A stretch of 64,000 nt of DNA from an uncultured Spirochaetia bacterium (GCA_964429945.1 CAYSDX010000002.1:10154-74153), one strand, 5' to 3'. Counted from the stretch's first letter, positions 26,926-37,031 are shown. Notes: a model not told the origin generated them from the sequence alone. Numbers and translations: made by a program.

Positions 26926-28031
26926 CTTCTATGCGTGCTGAACCTCGATACACTCAGGATAATTCCAAACGCTGCGAACGTCGATACCAGAGAACTTCCT
27001 CCGTAGCTTACAAGAGGCAATGTTAGCCCCGTGGTCGGAAAAAGCCCGACTGCCACCCCCATGTTAAGCGCCGCTTGGAGCGTTATGAGTACCGTAAAAC
27101 CGAACACCATGTACCTTAAGAAAGAATGCTCTACCCCGATGGATATCCTCAGGCATCTCACTAAGATCACCAAAAAAAGTGCGATTAGCGTTATTACCCC
27201 TATGAATCCGAACTCTTCGCCTATTATCGAGAAGACAAAATCGGTGTGTGCCTGGGGAAGGAAGAGCAGTTTTTGGGAACTGTTTCCGAGACCACTTCCG
27301 TACATTCCCCCGAGGCCGAATGCCGTAAATGACTGAATGGCCTGATACCCCGAACCGAGCGGATCTTTCCACGGATCAAGAAACGACATTATTCTTTTCA
27401 TCCTGTAGCTCTCGTTGATGATTGCGGCGGTGAAGATCAGCCCCGATACGACCCCGACGCCCAGCAGGTACTTGACTCTTGTGTTCCCGACGAAAAGCAT
27501 CAAGAAAAGCACCATAAGCACGAGAAAGGATGTTCCAAGATCCGGTTCAGCTAAAATAAGAGCCACGTAAGCCCCGCCGATGAGCAAGGGAAAGAAAAGG
27601 CCGACCCAGAAACTGTCCATCTTTTCTTTTTTCTTGGAGAGGAAATGCGCCATGTAGATGACCAGCATGTATTTGCAGAACTCGGAGGGCTGAAACGAAA
27701 CCCCCCCGATCGACAGCCATCTTCTTCCTCCGCCTACCTCCTTGCCTATTTCGGGAACGAGCACTATTACCAGCAAAGCGAGTCCGAGCAGATAGCCGGG
27801 ATAAACAAGCTTTCTCAGGAAAAGCGGGTTTATGTGCATAAACGTCACCATCACAGCTATTCCAACGAAAAAGTATACGAGATGGAATTTCAGGAAATGC
27901 ATCGAGTTGTCGTAGTGTTTGAGCGAAAATATTGAGCTTGAGTTATATACCGCCACCACCCCGATTACCGCCACTATAAGCACGAGACCGAGCAGTATTA
28001 TGTCGAAATCCCTGTTTTTGAAATCAAACAT
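26922..28031 (-). CDS. ftsW: Peptidoglycan glycosyltransferase FtsW (SEDS family)
   Basis: 369 aa polytopic protein with SFQPSEFCK, LPQAHTDFVFS and GLTLPLVSYGGSS. Confidence 0.9.
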   Translation of the reverse strand: MFDFKNRDFDIILLGLVLIVAVIGVVAVYNSSSIFSLKHYDNSMHFLKFHLVYFFVGIAVMVTFMHINPLFLRKLVYPGYLLGLALLVIVLVPEIGKEVGGGRRWLSIGGVSFQPSEFCKYMLVIYMAHFLSKKKEKMDSFWVGLFFPLLIGGAYVALILAEPDLGTSFLVLMVLFLMLFVGNTRVKYLLGVGVVSGLIFTAAIINESYRMKRIMSFLDPWKDPLGSGYQAIQSFTAFGLGGMYGSGLGNSSQKLLFLPQAHTDFVFSIIGEEFGFIGVITLIALFLVILVRCLRISIGVEHSFLRYMVFGFTVLITLQAALNMGVAVGLFPTTGLTLPLVSYGGSSLVSTFAAFGIILSVSRFSTHRR

Positions 28032-29352
28032 TTCTCACGATCTCCTTGAACTGATTCCCTCTCTCCTCGTACGAGCTGAACATGTCAAAGCTCGAGCATC
28101 CCGGGGAAAACAGAAGCGTATCTCCTGCTTCGGACAACTCAAAAGCGTTTTGCATCGCCTCTTTCAGCGAATCCGCACATGTCGTTTGTGCTAGGTTGCC
28201 CAACTGAGCGCGCATTTTTTCCTTTGTTTCTCCTATGAAAACCAGTGCCTTCACCTTGTTCGCCACAGCGTCCCTCAGGCAGTCGTAGTCGATTCCCTTG
28301 TCCTTTCCCCCGGCGACCAGTATGATCGGGGAGGGCAGGCTCTCGATGGCTCTTAACGTTGAGAAGGGGGTTGTGGATTTCGAATCGTTGTAGATACTCA
28401 CCCCTCTTGCCGTCAGCACGAATTCCATTCTGTGGGGAAGCGGGCGAAATTCGTCTATGCTTTTCTGCACCGGATCCCGCTGACAGCCAAGTATTCCCGC
28501 CACCGCTACCGCGGCCATTATGTTTTCCTTGTTGTGTTCCCCGAGAAGAGCAGAGTCCCGAACGGAGAAGGAGAGTTCTCCGGACACTATTTCGTCCTCC
28601 CTGCGGTGGATGTCTGTTCTTCCGTCCTGGGAGCCGAAAGATATTTTTTTCGCTCTGAATCCGCCTGAGCCTCTGAGTACCGCCGGATCCTCTGCGTTGA
28701 ACACTGCCCAGTCGTCTTCGGTCTGGTTTGCGAAAAGGCCGAGTTTCGCCGCCTCGTATTCTTCCATGCTCGAGTGGTGGTCCAGGTGGTCTGGCGATAT
28801 GTTCAGGATTACGGCGATGTGGGGTGTGAAGTTCCTTATTCCCTGTAGCTGAAAGCTGCTTAACTCGAGCAGCAGAAAATCGTATTCGTCGTCTTTCTCG
28901 GCTATCGATATAAGAGGCGTTCCTATGTTTCCTCCCGTAAAGATTTTCAAGCCGTTTCGTCTGAGCATTTCCGAGAGAAGAGACGTGGTAGTTGTCTTTC
29001 CGTTCGTTCCTGTTACGCCTATTACCGGCTTTGATATGAAGTTCCACGCAAGCTCGATTTCGCTTATTACCGTCTTTCCGACTGCCTGGGCGTCCCTGAT
29101 CTCTGGAAGGTCGAACCTTACCCCGGGGCTCAGCACGATCGTGTCTGCCCATTCGAAAAACTCGGGGGCGTGAGTCCCGCACCGGATCTCCACCCCTCCC
29201 GTTGTGAGTTCTTCAACCACGGAACCGAGTTCACCGGCTTCCCTTGAGTCGGTTGCCTTTACCGGCGCTCCTTTGGCGCGGAGGAATCTTGAAGTTTCCA
29301 CTCCCGTTATCCCGAGACCAACTACTAAGAATCTGTTTTCCGCAAGTTCCAT
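28024..29352 (-). CDS. murD: UDP-N-acetylmuramoylalanine--D-glutamate ligase MurD
   Basis: VVGLGITGV at the N-terminus and GVTGTNGKTTTTSL, Mur ligase domains. Confidence 0.95.
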   Translation of the reverse strand: MELAENRFLVVGLGITGVETSRFLRAKGAPVKATDSREAGELGSVVEELTTGGVEIRCGTHAPEFFEWADTIVLSPGVRFDLPEIRDAQAVGKTVISEIELAWNFISKPVIGVTGTNGKTTTTSLLSEMLRRNGLKIFTGGNIGTPLISIAEKDDEYDFLLLELSSFQLQGIRNFTPHIAVILNISPDHLDHHSSMEEYEAAKLGLFANQTEDDWAVFNAEDPAVLRGSGGFRAKKISFGSQDGRTDIHRREDEIVSGELSFSVRDSALLGEHNKENIMAAVAVAGILGCQRDPVQKSIDEFRPLPHRMEFVLTARGVSIYNDSKSTTPFSTLRAIESLPSPIILVAGGKDKGIDYDCLRDAVANKVKALVFIGETKEKMRAQLGNLAQTTCADSLKEAMQNAFELSEAGDTLLFSPGCSSFDMFSSYEERGNQFKEIVRNV

Positions 29353-29356
29353 CTGA

Positions 29357-30469
29357 TCACCTTATTTTCAGGCTTGAAAGAGCAAGAATGGAAAGAACCA
29401 CGCATATTATCCAGAAACGCACCACCACTTTCGATTCGGCCCATCCGGCAAGTTCGAAGTGGTGATGAAGAGGGGTCATCCTGAAAATCCTTTTGCCGGT
29501 GGAACGAAACGACGCCACCTGGATTATCACCGAGAGGGTTTCCACGAAGAATATTCCTCCGGCAACTATCAGAAGTATCTCCTGCTTTATCATAAGAGCG
29601 CTGAATCCTATGGCAGCCCCCAGCGAAAGGGAACCTACGTCTCCCATGAAAACCTCGGCGGGGTGAGAGTTGTACCAGAGAAATCCAAGACATGCCCCTC
29701 CGACCGCCGCGAGAAAGATGGCCAGTTCTCCCGCTCCCTGTACATGCGGAATCTGCAGGTAGCTTGCAAACTGAAGGTTTCCCGCGAGATAGGCGAAAAT
29801 TATGTAGGTAGTGGTTGCAATGGCGATCGAGCCTATGGCCAGACCGTCAAGACCGTCGGTCAGATTCACCGCGTTTGAAGAACCAACAGTAACTAGGAGA
29901 GCGAAAAGTATGTATAGATACCCGAGATCTACCACGGCCTGCTTTATGAAAGGGAACACTATTGAGGTCGAGGAATACACCGCGCTCTCACCGGCCCTCA
30001 TGGACATTGAAAAACTTCCGCTTTCATTCATGCAGAGAATAACCACAAACGTCACAGCGATGAGCGCCTGCCAGAGAAACTTTACCCTTGCCCTTATTCC
30101 TTTTCCTCTCTTTATTTTCATAAAATCGTCGAGGAATCCCAGGACGGCGAAACTTACCGTAAAGAGGACCACGAGCATCACCTTGTCTACGAGAAAGTTC
30201 GTCCAGAGAAGGGATGAGATGACTATGGCCATTACGATGAATATCCCTCCCATCGTGGGGGTGCCGGCTTTCGCGCCATGGCTGCTGGGTCCGTCTTTGC
30301 GTATGGTCTCGTGAAACTGGGCGGCTTTGAGCAGGTCAATCAGCTTTTTTCCCAGAAGAATGCAGAGAAGAAAAGAGGTCAGGCCAGCCCCGAAAGAGCG
30401 GAAAGTTATGTACTTGAAGACATTGAGGAAAACAAAGTCGTCTTTTAAAAGATGCAAAAAATAGAGCAT
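29357..30469 (-). CDS. mraY: Phospho-N-acetylmuramoyl-pentapeptide-transferase MraY
   Basis: GTPTMGG, NAVNLTDGLDGLA, FMGDVGSLSLG and PLHHHFE motifs. Confidence 0.95.
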   Translation of the reverse strand: MLYFLHLLKDDFVFLNVFKYITFRSFGAGLTSFLLCILLGKKLIDLLKAAQFHETIRKDGPSSHGAKAGTPTMGGIFIVMAIVISSLLWTNFLVDKVMLVVLFTVSFAVLGFLDDFMKIKRGKGIRARVKFLWQALIAVTFVVILCMNESGSFSMSMRAGESAVYSSTSIVFPFIKQAVVDLGYLYILFALLVTVGSSNAVNLTDGLDGLAIGSIAIATTTYIIFAYLAGNLQFASYLQIPHVQGAGELAIFLAAVGGACLGFLWYNSHPAEVFMGDVGSLSLGAAIGFSALMIKQEILLIVAGGIFFVETLSVIIQVASFRSTGKRIFRMTPLHHHFELAGWAESKVVVRFWIICVVLSILALSSLKIR

Positions 30470-30473
30470 GGGC

Positions 30474-31859
30474 TTATGTTTTGTAAAGCGTCTGTATTAC
30501 CGCTTCCATCTTCATTCCCCGCGACCCCTTTACAAGCACTATGTCATCCTCTCCGCAGACATCGAGAAGCAGGGCCGCCGCCGCCTGCGGGCTCTGCGCC
30601 ACATGGCACGCCGTTTCGCTTCGTACCGCCGATACGAGCGACTCCGAGAATTTTCCCATTGCCACCACTATGTCCAGACCGAGCTTCGAAATGTATTCCC
30701 CGATCAGTTCATGCTCCGTTTCGCTGCTCTCTCCCAGTTCGAGCATGTCTCCTAGAACTGCTACCGCCTTTGCCTTGCCGTCTCTGTGGGCGATAAGTTC
30801 GTCAAGCGCCGCGCGCATTGAGTCGGGATTTGCGTTGTATGAGTCGTTTATGATTCTGAAGCCGAACGGAGTACGGATGACTTCGAGGCGCATGGCGGAG
30901 GGGACATATTTTTCAAGACCGGCAAGTATCTCATTCATCCCGCATCCGAACGAATACGCAAGAGCGGCGGCGGAGAGGGCGTTTGAAACATTGTGCACGC
31001 CTATTCCCTTTATTCTTGTCTTGGCGGATCGCTTGCCGATGTATATCGTGAATTCAATGGATTCCATTCCCGCATGGCTTATGTTGTCTGCCCTTATAAA
31101 TGCCTCGGGGGAAATGACTCCGTACGTAACTTTCCGGCAGCGTGCACGGTCGGCTATCTTCGATACCCACGGATCATCAATGTTTACGCAGAAGGTGTTT
31201 TCCTCACCGAAGTTTTCAACTAGCTCGCCTTTTGCCCTCGCGACTCCTTCAAGGTCTTTCATTTCCTCTAGGTGGGCTTTGCCTACCGTGGTAATCGTTC
31301 CCACGTCGGGCGAGGCCACGCCTGCAAGGGTTCTTATCTCCCCGAAAGAGTTCATTCCCATCTCAAGCACGCAGAAATCGTGCTCCTTCTCCAATTTCAG
31401 CAGGTTTAGCGGAAGACCTATGAGGTTGTTGAGATTGCCATAGGTGCTGAGCACGTTACCTGATATGGACAGTATGCTGTGGGTCATGTTCTTGGTCGTG
31501 GTTTTTCCGTTAGAACCCGTAATGGCTGCGACACGAAGATCGGGAAACAGATTTCTCCAGCATCTCGACACCTCAAGCAGGGCTTTTTGCGTGGATTCGA
31601 CCTTTATTATTGCTCCGCAGCTATGCTTTGCATCCTGTATTTGGGGATATTTTTCCACTATTGCTCCCACGGAACCTTTTTCAAAGGCCTCGGCGACATA
31701 ATCGTGGCCGTCGAAATTGGGACCCTCTATGGCGACGAAAAGCTGGTCTTTCTTTACCTTCCTCGAATCTATAGAGACCCCTGAAGCTCCGATCGGCATC
31801 TTGCCGCCGACGAGTCTGCCTCCCGTGGAATTTAGCAGAAAATCAAGGCTGAGTCTCAA
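30474..31859 (-). CDS. murF: UDP-N-acetylmuramoyl-tripeptide--D-alanyl-D-alanine ligase MurF
   Basis: AITGSNGKTTTKNM, DSYNANPDSM and GDMLELG motifs. Confidence 0.95.
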   Translation of the reverse strand: MRLSLDFLLNSTGGRLVGGKMPIGASGVSIDSRKVKKDQLFVAIEGPNFDGHDYVAEAFEKGSVGAIVEKYPQIQDAKHSCGAIIKVESTQKALLEVSRCWRNLFPDLRVAAITGSNGKTTTKNMTHSILSISGNVLSTYGNLNNLIGLPLNLLKLEKEHDFCVLEMGMNSFGEIRTLAGVASPDVGTITTVGKAHLEEMKDLEGVARAKGELVENFGEENTFCVNIDDPWVSKIADRARCRKVTYGVISPEAFIRADNISHAGMESIEFTIYIGKRSAKTRIKGIGVHNVSNALSAAALAYSFGCGMNEILAGLEKYVPSAMRLEVIRTPFGFRIINDSYNANPDSMRAALDELIAHRDGKAKAVAVLGDMLELGESSETEHELIGEYISKLGLDIVVAMGKFSESLVSAVRSETACHVAQSPQAAAALLLDVCGEDDIVLVKGSRGMKMEAVIQTLYKT

Positions 31860-33358
31860 AGTCTTCTCCTGTTTCTGGCTTCAAGGTATTTTTCCGCGAT
31901 TTCCCTGTCGTCAAAATGAATTTTCTCGGTGCCGATTATCTGGCAGTCTTCATGTCCCTTGCCGGCTATCAGCACTGTGTCTGCGCGCCCGGCCGCATTC
32001 ACGGCGTGTTTTATGGCTTCTTCCCTGTCGGTTATTGTCACAACCCCAGGGTCTTGGGATTCTATTCCTTCAATCATATCCGCGATTATCCCCTCCGGAT
32101 CCTCCGTTCTGGGATTATCCGAAGTCACTATCAGCACGTCCGAATACCTGCGCCCGATCGCGGCCATGAGGGGTCGTTTCTTCCTGTCCCTGTCTCCGCC
32201 ACAACCCACCACGGTGATCAGTTTTTCCGCGCAAAGAGGTTTCAGGCACTCAAGCACATTCTCAAGCGCATCGGGAGTGTGTGCGTAATCCACGAAAACG
32301 TCTATCCCCGAGGCGTTTTCTATTCTCTCCAGCCTTCCCGGTATGCGCCCGAGTTCACTCAGCGCTCTCCCGGTTGTCCCGGGGGACGAACCGAGAGAGA
32401 GAAGTGTTCCGGCTGCCGCCATCATGTTATAGAGGTTGTGTTTCCCCATGAGTTTTGAATCAAGTTCCACCTTGCCCCACGGGCTGGCCAGAGTGGCCTT
32501 TATGCCTCCTGAATCAAGCATGAAATTCTCCACAAATACAACTGAGTCTTTTTTTTTCGTGGAAAAAGTTATTTTTTGGCCTTTTTTCGGGACTGATATC
32601 CTCATTGCGAAAGGGTCGTCCACATTTATTATCGAGAACACTTCTTTTTTCGCGCTTCTTTCGAGAATTTCCGAGAAAAACCTTTCCTTGGCCCTGAAGT
32701 AATCTTCAAGCGTCTTGTGGTAGTCGAGATGATCCTGGGTGAGGTTTGTGAATACCGCCGCGTCAAAATGACATCCGTCGACCCTTTTTAGGTCAAGGGC
32801 GTGTGAGGATACCTCGAACGTGACGTTTGTCACTCCGGCATCTTTCATTTCGCGCAGCATGCCCATAAAAGCGATGGGATCTGGTGTCGTGAGAGAGGCA
32901 GCTTCGGTTTTCCCCATGTATCTGTTCTCTATGGTCCCCAAAAGCCCCGTGTTTATCCCCTCGGCTTTCCAGCCGGCTTCAATCATGTGAGAGACCGTGG
33001 TTTTCCCGTTGGTTCCCGTCACCCCCACGACTTTCATTGCGAGGGAAGGGTGATCGTGGAAGTTGGAGGCGACAATGGAAGCCGCGGCCCTTGAGTCGGT
33101 TGTTCTCGCGACGGGAACCCCCAGATCAGGAATTTCTTCTGGAACCTCCTCAAGCAGAAGTGCTACCGCCCCCTTTTTTACTGCCGAGGCGGCGTACATA
33201 TGCCCGTCAGTAACTTTTCCCTTGATGGCGATAAAAAGAGAACCCGGTTCCACGTTCTGAGAGTTGAGAGTTATTCCTTTAATTTCCGTATCTCCCGGAT
33301 TCTTCGATCCAGTTAATCTTTCAATTCCCGCGTTTTTCAGAACATCCGCTAATTTCAT
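31856..33358 (-). CDS. murE: UDP-N-acetylmuramoyl-L-alanyl-D-glutamate--2,6-diaminopimelate ligase MurE
   Basis: GVTGTNGKTTVSHM, VDYAHTPDAL, and GGDRDRKKRP with DNPRTEDP (a DNPR-type motif consistent with meso-DAP specificity). Confidence 0.9.
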   Translation of the reverse strand: MKLADVLKNAGIERLTGSKNPGDTEIKGITLNSQNVEPGSLFIAIKGKVTDGHMYAASAVKKGAVALLLEEVPEEIPDLGVPVARTTDSRAAASIVASNFHDHPSLAMKVVGVTGTNGKTTVSHMIEAGWKAEGINTGLLGTIENRYMGKTEAASLTTPDPIAFMGMLREMKDAGVTNVTFEVSSHALDLKRVDGCHFDAAVFTNLTQDHLDYHKTLEDYFRAKERFFSEILERSAKKEVFSIINVDDPFAMRISVPKKGQKITFSTKKKDSVVFVENFMLDSGGIKATLASPWGKVELDSKLMGKHNLYNMMAAAGTLLSLGSSPGTTGRALSELGRIPGRLERIENASGIDVFVDYAHTPDALENVLECLKPLCAEKLITVVGCGGDRDRKKRPLMAAIGRRYSDVLIVTSDNPRTEDPEGIIADMIEGIESQDPGVVTITDREEAIKHAVNAAGRADTVLIAGKGHEDCQIIGTEKIHFDDREIAEKYLEARNRRRL

Positions 33359-35220
33359 ATATTCTGCTTAAGAGTAAAAGTGCGGTCTTCTTCCTTTATT
33401 GTCTTTTCTTCTGTGGATGTTTGCTGGATGACTACCTGCTCTTCGGGCCGCTTGATCCCGGTTTTCGCGCTTTCGTTCATCATTTCAGGCGCGGTTTTAT
33501 CTTCAGATGGTTCTTCGCGTGGTGGTATGCGCATGTAAAACAGGACTTTTTCAGTTATGGACTTGAAAATGGGTGCTGCGACAATTCCTCCATAGGTGTG
33601 CTCCTTGGCGTTATCAACAATTACCACCAGTACAAGACTCGGGTCATCGGCAGGCGCGAATCCCGCAAAAGACGAGATATATCTATTTTTGTAGTAAGTG
33701 CGGGTTCGGGGATTGGGAACCTGCGCCGTGCCGGTTTTTCCGGCGATTCTGTAACCTGGGATCGAGGCATTCGCACCCGTACCATCCTTCACCACTTGTT
33801 CAAGGATTTCAGCGATCTTTGAAGCCGTGTCATAGGAAATGACCTTCTTCAGGACATCAGGTTTTTTTTCCGTGAGAACTTCTCCCTTGGGTGAGACAAT
33901 TTTTTTCACTATGTACGGTTTCATCAGATATCCGCCGTTTGCGATACTTGAAAATGCGGTTGCCAGCTGAATTGGCGTCACTGATATTCCCTGTCCGAAC
34001 GATATAGTAGCCAGTTCTATGTTCCCCCATTTCCGGAGGTTTTGTATCTTTCCGCTGGCTTCTCCTGGAAGGTCAACTCCATTTCTCTTCCCGAACCCGA
34101 AATTTCTCAGAGAGTCGTGCAGTTTTTTCTTTCCTAGGGTTTCCCCCATTTTCAGGGCGCATATGTTGCTTGAGTACTTTATGGTTTCGGAAATGGTAAG
34201 AATTCCGTATTCGTGTATGTCTCTTACCGTGTTCGAACCGATTTGCTTCATTCCGTTCTCACAGTCATACTCCGTGTTTTCATCAGCCATTTTTTCTTCG
34301 AGCAACGTCGCGGCCAGAAACACCTTGAGCGTCGAACCGGGTTCGAAGGAAAGCCATACAGGGAGGTTCTTTTTGCTTTTCTGAGAAAATTCCCTGAACC
34401 TGTTGGGATCAAAGGGAGGATAGGAGGCCATGGCTAGTACTTCACCCGTCTGTGGATTCATCATAAGGGCGGCCCCACTTTCTCCCCTCATCTTTCGTAT
34501 CCCCTTTTCTAGTTCCGTCTCCGTTATATGTTGAATATTGGAGTCCACAGTAAGAACCACGTCGTTTCCCCTTGTTAAATGCTCATTTTCCTTGAGCGGG
34601 ACATCCGATATGCGGTTTCCTTTCCCATCTCTTCTTATTCTTGTCGTGGCGGGTTTGCCGGCGAGAGCATTATCAAGGCCGTATTCAAGACCTTCTATGC
34701 CCTTGAGATCAACATCTGTAAATCCTAGAGCCTGTCCGAGCAGAGAACCGTTGGGATAGATTCTTTTCGGTTCTTCAACAAACCCAACTGCCTCGAGATT
34801 CATGGACTTTATTTTTTCCGCGGTCGCGCGGTTTTCTCCCCTTTTGATCCAGACAAAAGATTTCTCCGATTTGGCGAGATCAAGCAGTCTCTTGTGCGAC
34901 AGGCTAAGAGATTTGGATAGGATTCGCGCCAGATTACTTGGGTTTTCGATTTTTTTAGGATTCAGATAGATCGAGGTCGCCGAAACGGTTGTCGCCAGAG
35001 GTTTTTTGTTCCGGTCGTACAACGTTCCCCGTACCGGAGGTATTTTGTAAACCTTGGTGTGCTGATTTTTCGCCCTTGCCGAAAGTTTTTCGTTCTGCAG
35101 GACCTGGAGTTCGAAGGATCTGTATCCCAGAAGCATAAAGAGACCGGTAATAAAAACTGAGACAATATAAAACTTCCGTTTTTGTTTTTCAGAATCCCTC
35201 ATTCTGTTCTTCCTGCGCAA
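33355..35220 (-). CDS. ftsI: Penicillin-binding protein 3 / FtsI (class B transpeptidase)
   Basis: TM anchor plus SxxK (GSTLKVF), SxN (YSSNI) and KTG (GKTGTAQ) motifs. Confidence 0.9.
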   Translation of the reverse strand: MRRKNRMRDSEKQKRKFYIVSVFITGLFMLLGYRSFELQVLQNEKLSARAKNQHTKVYKIPPVRGTLYDRNKKPLATTVSATSIYLNPKKIENPSNLARILSKSLSLSHKRLLDLAKSEKSFVWIKRGENRATAEKIKSMNLEAVGFVEEPKRIYPNGSLLGQALGFTDVDLKGIEGLEYGLDNALAGKPATTRIRRDGKGNRISDVPLKENEHLTRGNDVVLTVDSNIQHITETELEKGIRKMRGESGAALMMNPQTGEVLAMASYPPFDPNRFREFSQKSKKNLPVWLSFEPGSTLKVFLAATLLEEKMADENTEYDCENGMKQIGSNTVRDIHEYGILTISETIKYSSNICALKMGETLGKKKLHDSLRNFGFGKRNGVDLPGEASGKIQNLRKWGNIELATISFGQGISVTPIQLATAFSSIANGGYLMKPYIVKKIVSPKGEVLTEKKPDVLKKVISYDTASKIAEILEQVVKDGTGANASIPGYRIAGKTGTAQVPNPRTRTYYKNRYISSFAGFAPADDPSLVLVVIVDNAKEHTYGGIVAAPIFKSITEKVLFYMRIPPREEPSEDKTAPEMMNESAKTGIKRPEEQVVIQQTSTEEKTIKEEDRTFTLKQNI

Positions 35221-35524
35221 CTATTACCTCTTCGAGGAAAATGACATCCTTATAAGTGGCGAACCTGAATCCCTTTTTGTCCGCAACCGGCTTCAAATGT
35301 TCAATGGACTTGAGTTTTGCAATTTCGTGCTGAAGCATTTGACTTTCCTTTATAAGACCCTGTTCTGCTTGCCTAGTTTTCGAAATCTCGTAACCCGTCC
35401 TCGTGTGTTCGACCTTGATGCGCAAAAAGCAAAGTGCGGCTATCAGGGCTACCCCGAGGATGATTGCTGTGCGCGGAAAAAATCTTCTCTCTGTTTTTTT
35501 CCTTACGGTAAAGTCCTTTTTCAT
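35189..35524 (-). CDS. ftsL: Cell division protein FtsL-like
   Basis: The ATG at 35524 gives 111 aa (MKKDFTVRKK...), with a single TM segment then a coiled-coil-like region. It sits between rsmH and ftsI. The longer ORF-track start would overlap rsmH. Confidence 0.7.
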   Translation of the reverse strand: MKKDFTVRKKTERRFFPRTAIILGVALIAALCFLRIKVEHTRTGYEISKTRQAEQGLIKESQMLQHEIAKLKSIEHLKPVADKKGFRFATYKDVIFLEEVIVAQEEQNEGF

Positions 35525-35529
35525 CTGAG

Positions 35530-36510
35530 TTATACCCCCTCTGCTACTCTCATTTTTGAACTTCTCGCTCTGGGATTTTCCGCCACCTCGCTTTTCCCAG
35601 GTCTTACGACCGAGCGGGTCACCCTTCGTATCTGCTGAACCCTTGCGCACGCGCATATGGAAAGGTCCGGAGGACAAGAACAGGGAGAGTCAAGTTTTTT
35701 GAACATATTCTTAACTATTCTGTCTTCAAGCGAGTGAAAAGAGATTATCGCCAGTCTTGCTCCGGTATTGAGAATCTTCACGGCCTCTTCAATAAAAATC
35801 GCCAAGTTGTCGAGTTCATTGTTAATCGAGATCCGAAGTGCCTGGAAAGTCTTGGTCGCGGGATGAGTCTTTTTCGGATGAAACTTTTTGGGGATGGAAC
35901 TTGATATTATCGAGGCCAGCTCAAAGGAAGTCTGTATACTTTTTTTGGCCCTGCTTTTCACTATCGAGCTAGCGATTCTCCCGGCGAATTTCTCTTCGCC
36001 GTATTCTCTCAGTATGTATTCCAGTTCTTCGGTTTTCATTCCGTTTACGAGATCGTAAGCGGAAAACTGAAGGCTCGCGTCCATCCTCATGTCTAGAAAC
36101 TCGTTTTTTCTGAAGCTGAATCCCTTGCCGCTGCGCTCAAGCTGGAAAGAAGAGATTCCCAGGTCGGCGACGATGCCGTCGACGTGCTCTATTTCCATGG
36201 AGTTGACCGTGCTTTTTATGTGTATGAAATTCCTGTTTACCATCTCCACTTTCTCCGCGCTGGCCGAAAGTCTGCCCTTCGCAAGAGAGATAGCGACCTG
36301 ATCAACGTCCATTCCTATGAGCTTTGATATTAAGGGGTATGAATTGAGAAGGCACTCGGAATGTCCGCCGAGACCCACGGTCGCGTCGACCACTATGGCT
36401 CCCTCGGGCAGATCGAGGTGCTCGACCACCTCTTTTGCCATAACAGGGGAGTGAAACTGTTCCTGGGGCTCAGAGCTTATGGCCGCGGCTTTTATTTTCT
36501 TAGAGTCCAT
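35530..36510 (-). CDS. rsmH: 16S rRNA (cytosine1402-N4)-methyltransferase RsmH (MraW)
   Basis: HSPVMAKEVVEHL, DATVGLGGHSE, DLGISSFQL and SFHSLEDRIVK. The likely start is ATG 36510 (MDSKKIK). Confidence 0.9.
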   Translation of the reverse strand: MDSKKIKAAAISSEPQEQFHSPVMAKEVVEHLDLPEGAIVVDATVGLGGHSECLLNSYPLISKLIGMDVDQVAISLAKGRLSASAEKVEMVNRNFIHIKSTVNSMEIEHVDGIVADLGISSFQLERSGKGFSFRKNEFLDMRMDASLQFSAYDLVNGMKTEELEYILREYGEEKFAGRIASSIVKSRAKKSIQTSFELASIISSSIPKKFHPKKTHPATKTFQALRISINNELDNLAIFIEEAVKILNTGARLAIISFHSLEDRIVKNMFKKLDSPCSCPPDLSICACARVQQIRRVTRSVVRPGKSEVAENPRARSSKMRVAEGV

Positions 36511-36946
36511 ATCCGGCAAGTACCTCTCTGCTCTGTATGAAGGTCTCAAATGCCCCGCTGCCGTTTTCTTTCTCCCAGATTTCCTTTGACCAGATTTCTA
36601 TTTTTTTCAGCATGCCGACCAGAACCACTTCAGTTTCGATGGTCGCGTATGAACGCAGCGACTGGGGAATCAGCACCCTTCCCTGGTTGTCCACGGGGCA
36701 GTCGACCGCATTTCCCATGAGATAGCGTATTGAAGAGACGGCCTCGCTGTCTGTTATGGATACCTTGGAGAGCTTCTTTTCAAGCTCGTTCCATTCCCTC
36801 ATGGGGTAGGCGATCAGGTAGCGGTCAAAGTTCGTGATCACGAAGGTCTCGTCTGAGTATTTCTTCCTGCAGACCTCCCTGAACTTTGAGGGAATGCTGA
36901 CCCTCCCGGTCTTGCTCATAGTGTGTTCGTATCTTCCTCTGAACAT
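36500..36946 (-). CDS. mraZ: Transcriptional regulator MraZ
   Basis: MFRGRYEHTMSKTGRVSIPSKFRE, with a second SpoVT/AbrB-like repeat (VDNQGRVLIPQSLR). Confidence 0.9.
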   Translation of the reverse strand: MFRGRYEHTMSKTGRVSIPSKFREVCRKKYSDETFVITNFDRYLIAYPMREWNELEKKLSKVSITDSEAVSSIRYLMGNAVDCPVDNQGRVLIPQSLRSYATIETEVVLVGMLKKIEIWSKEIWEKENGSGAFETFIQSREVLAGYGL

Positions 36947-36949
36947 TTT

Positions 36950-36996
36950 ATGCTATCTTCTGCCATTATATGCCAAAATATATTCTTTTCATGCCA
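36950..36996 (-). promoter_or_regulatory. Candidate MraZ operator: four T(G/A)GCA boxes phased 10, 10 and 21 bp in the mraZ leader
   Basis: On the minus strand: TGGCAT (36991-36996), TGGCAT (36970-36975), TGGCAG (36960-36965), TAGCAT (36950-36955). They lie between the putative promoter and the mraZ ATG (36946). Confidence 0.35.
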
Positions 36997-37004
36997 ATTC
37001 ATAA

Positions 37005-37031
37005 ATTATAAAAAAACATGCAAAAAGTCAA
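37005..37031 (-). promoter_or_regulatory. Candidate dcw (Pmra-like) promoter TTGACT-15 nt-TATAAT
   Basis: On the minus strand, TTGACT is at 37026-37031 and TATAAT at 37005-37010. The 15-nt spacer is short, so the call is tentative. Confidence 0.4.

Noticed and set aside
28139-29182. A 347-aa ORF on the same strand as murD but in a different frame.
   Set aside because: The translation is extremely Arg/Gly/Asn-rich, typical of an out-of-frame reading of purine-rich codons. murD in its own frame has all the Mur ligase motifs. Nothing suggests programmed frameshifting.
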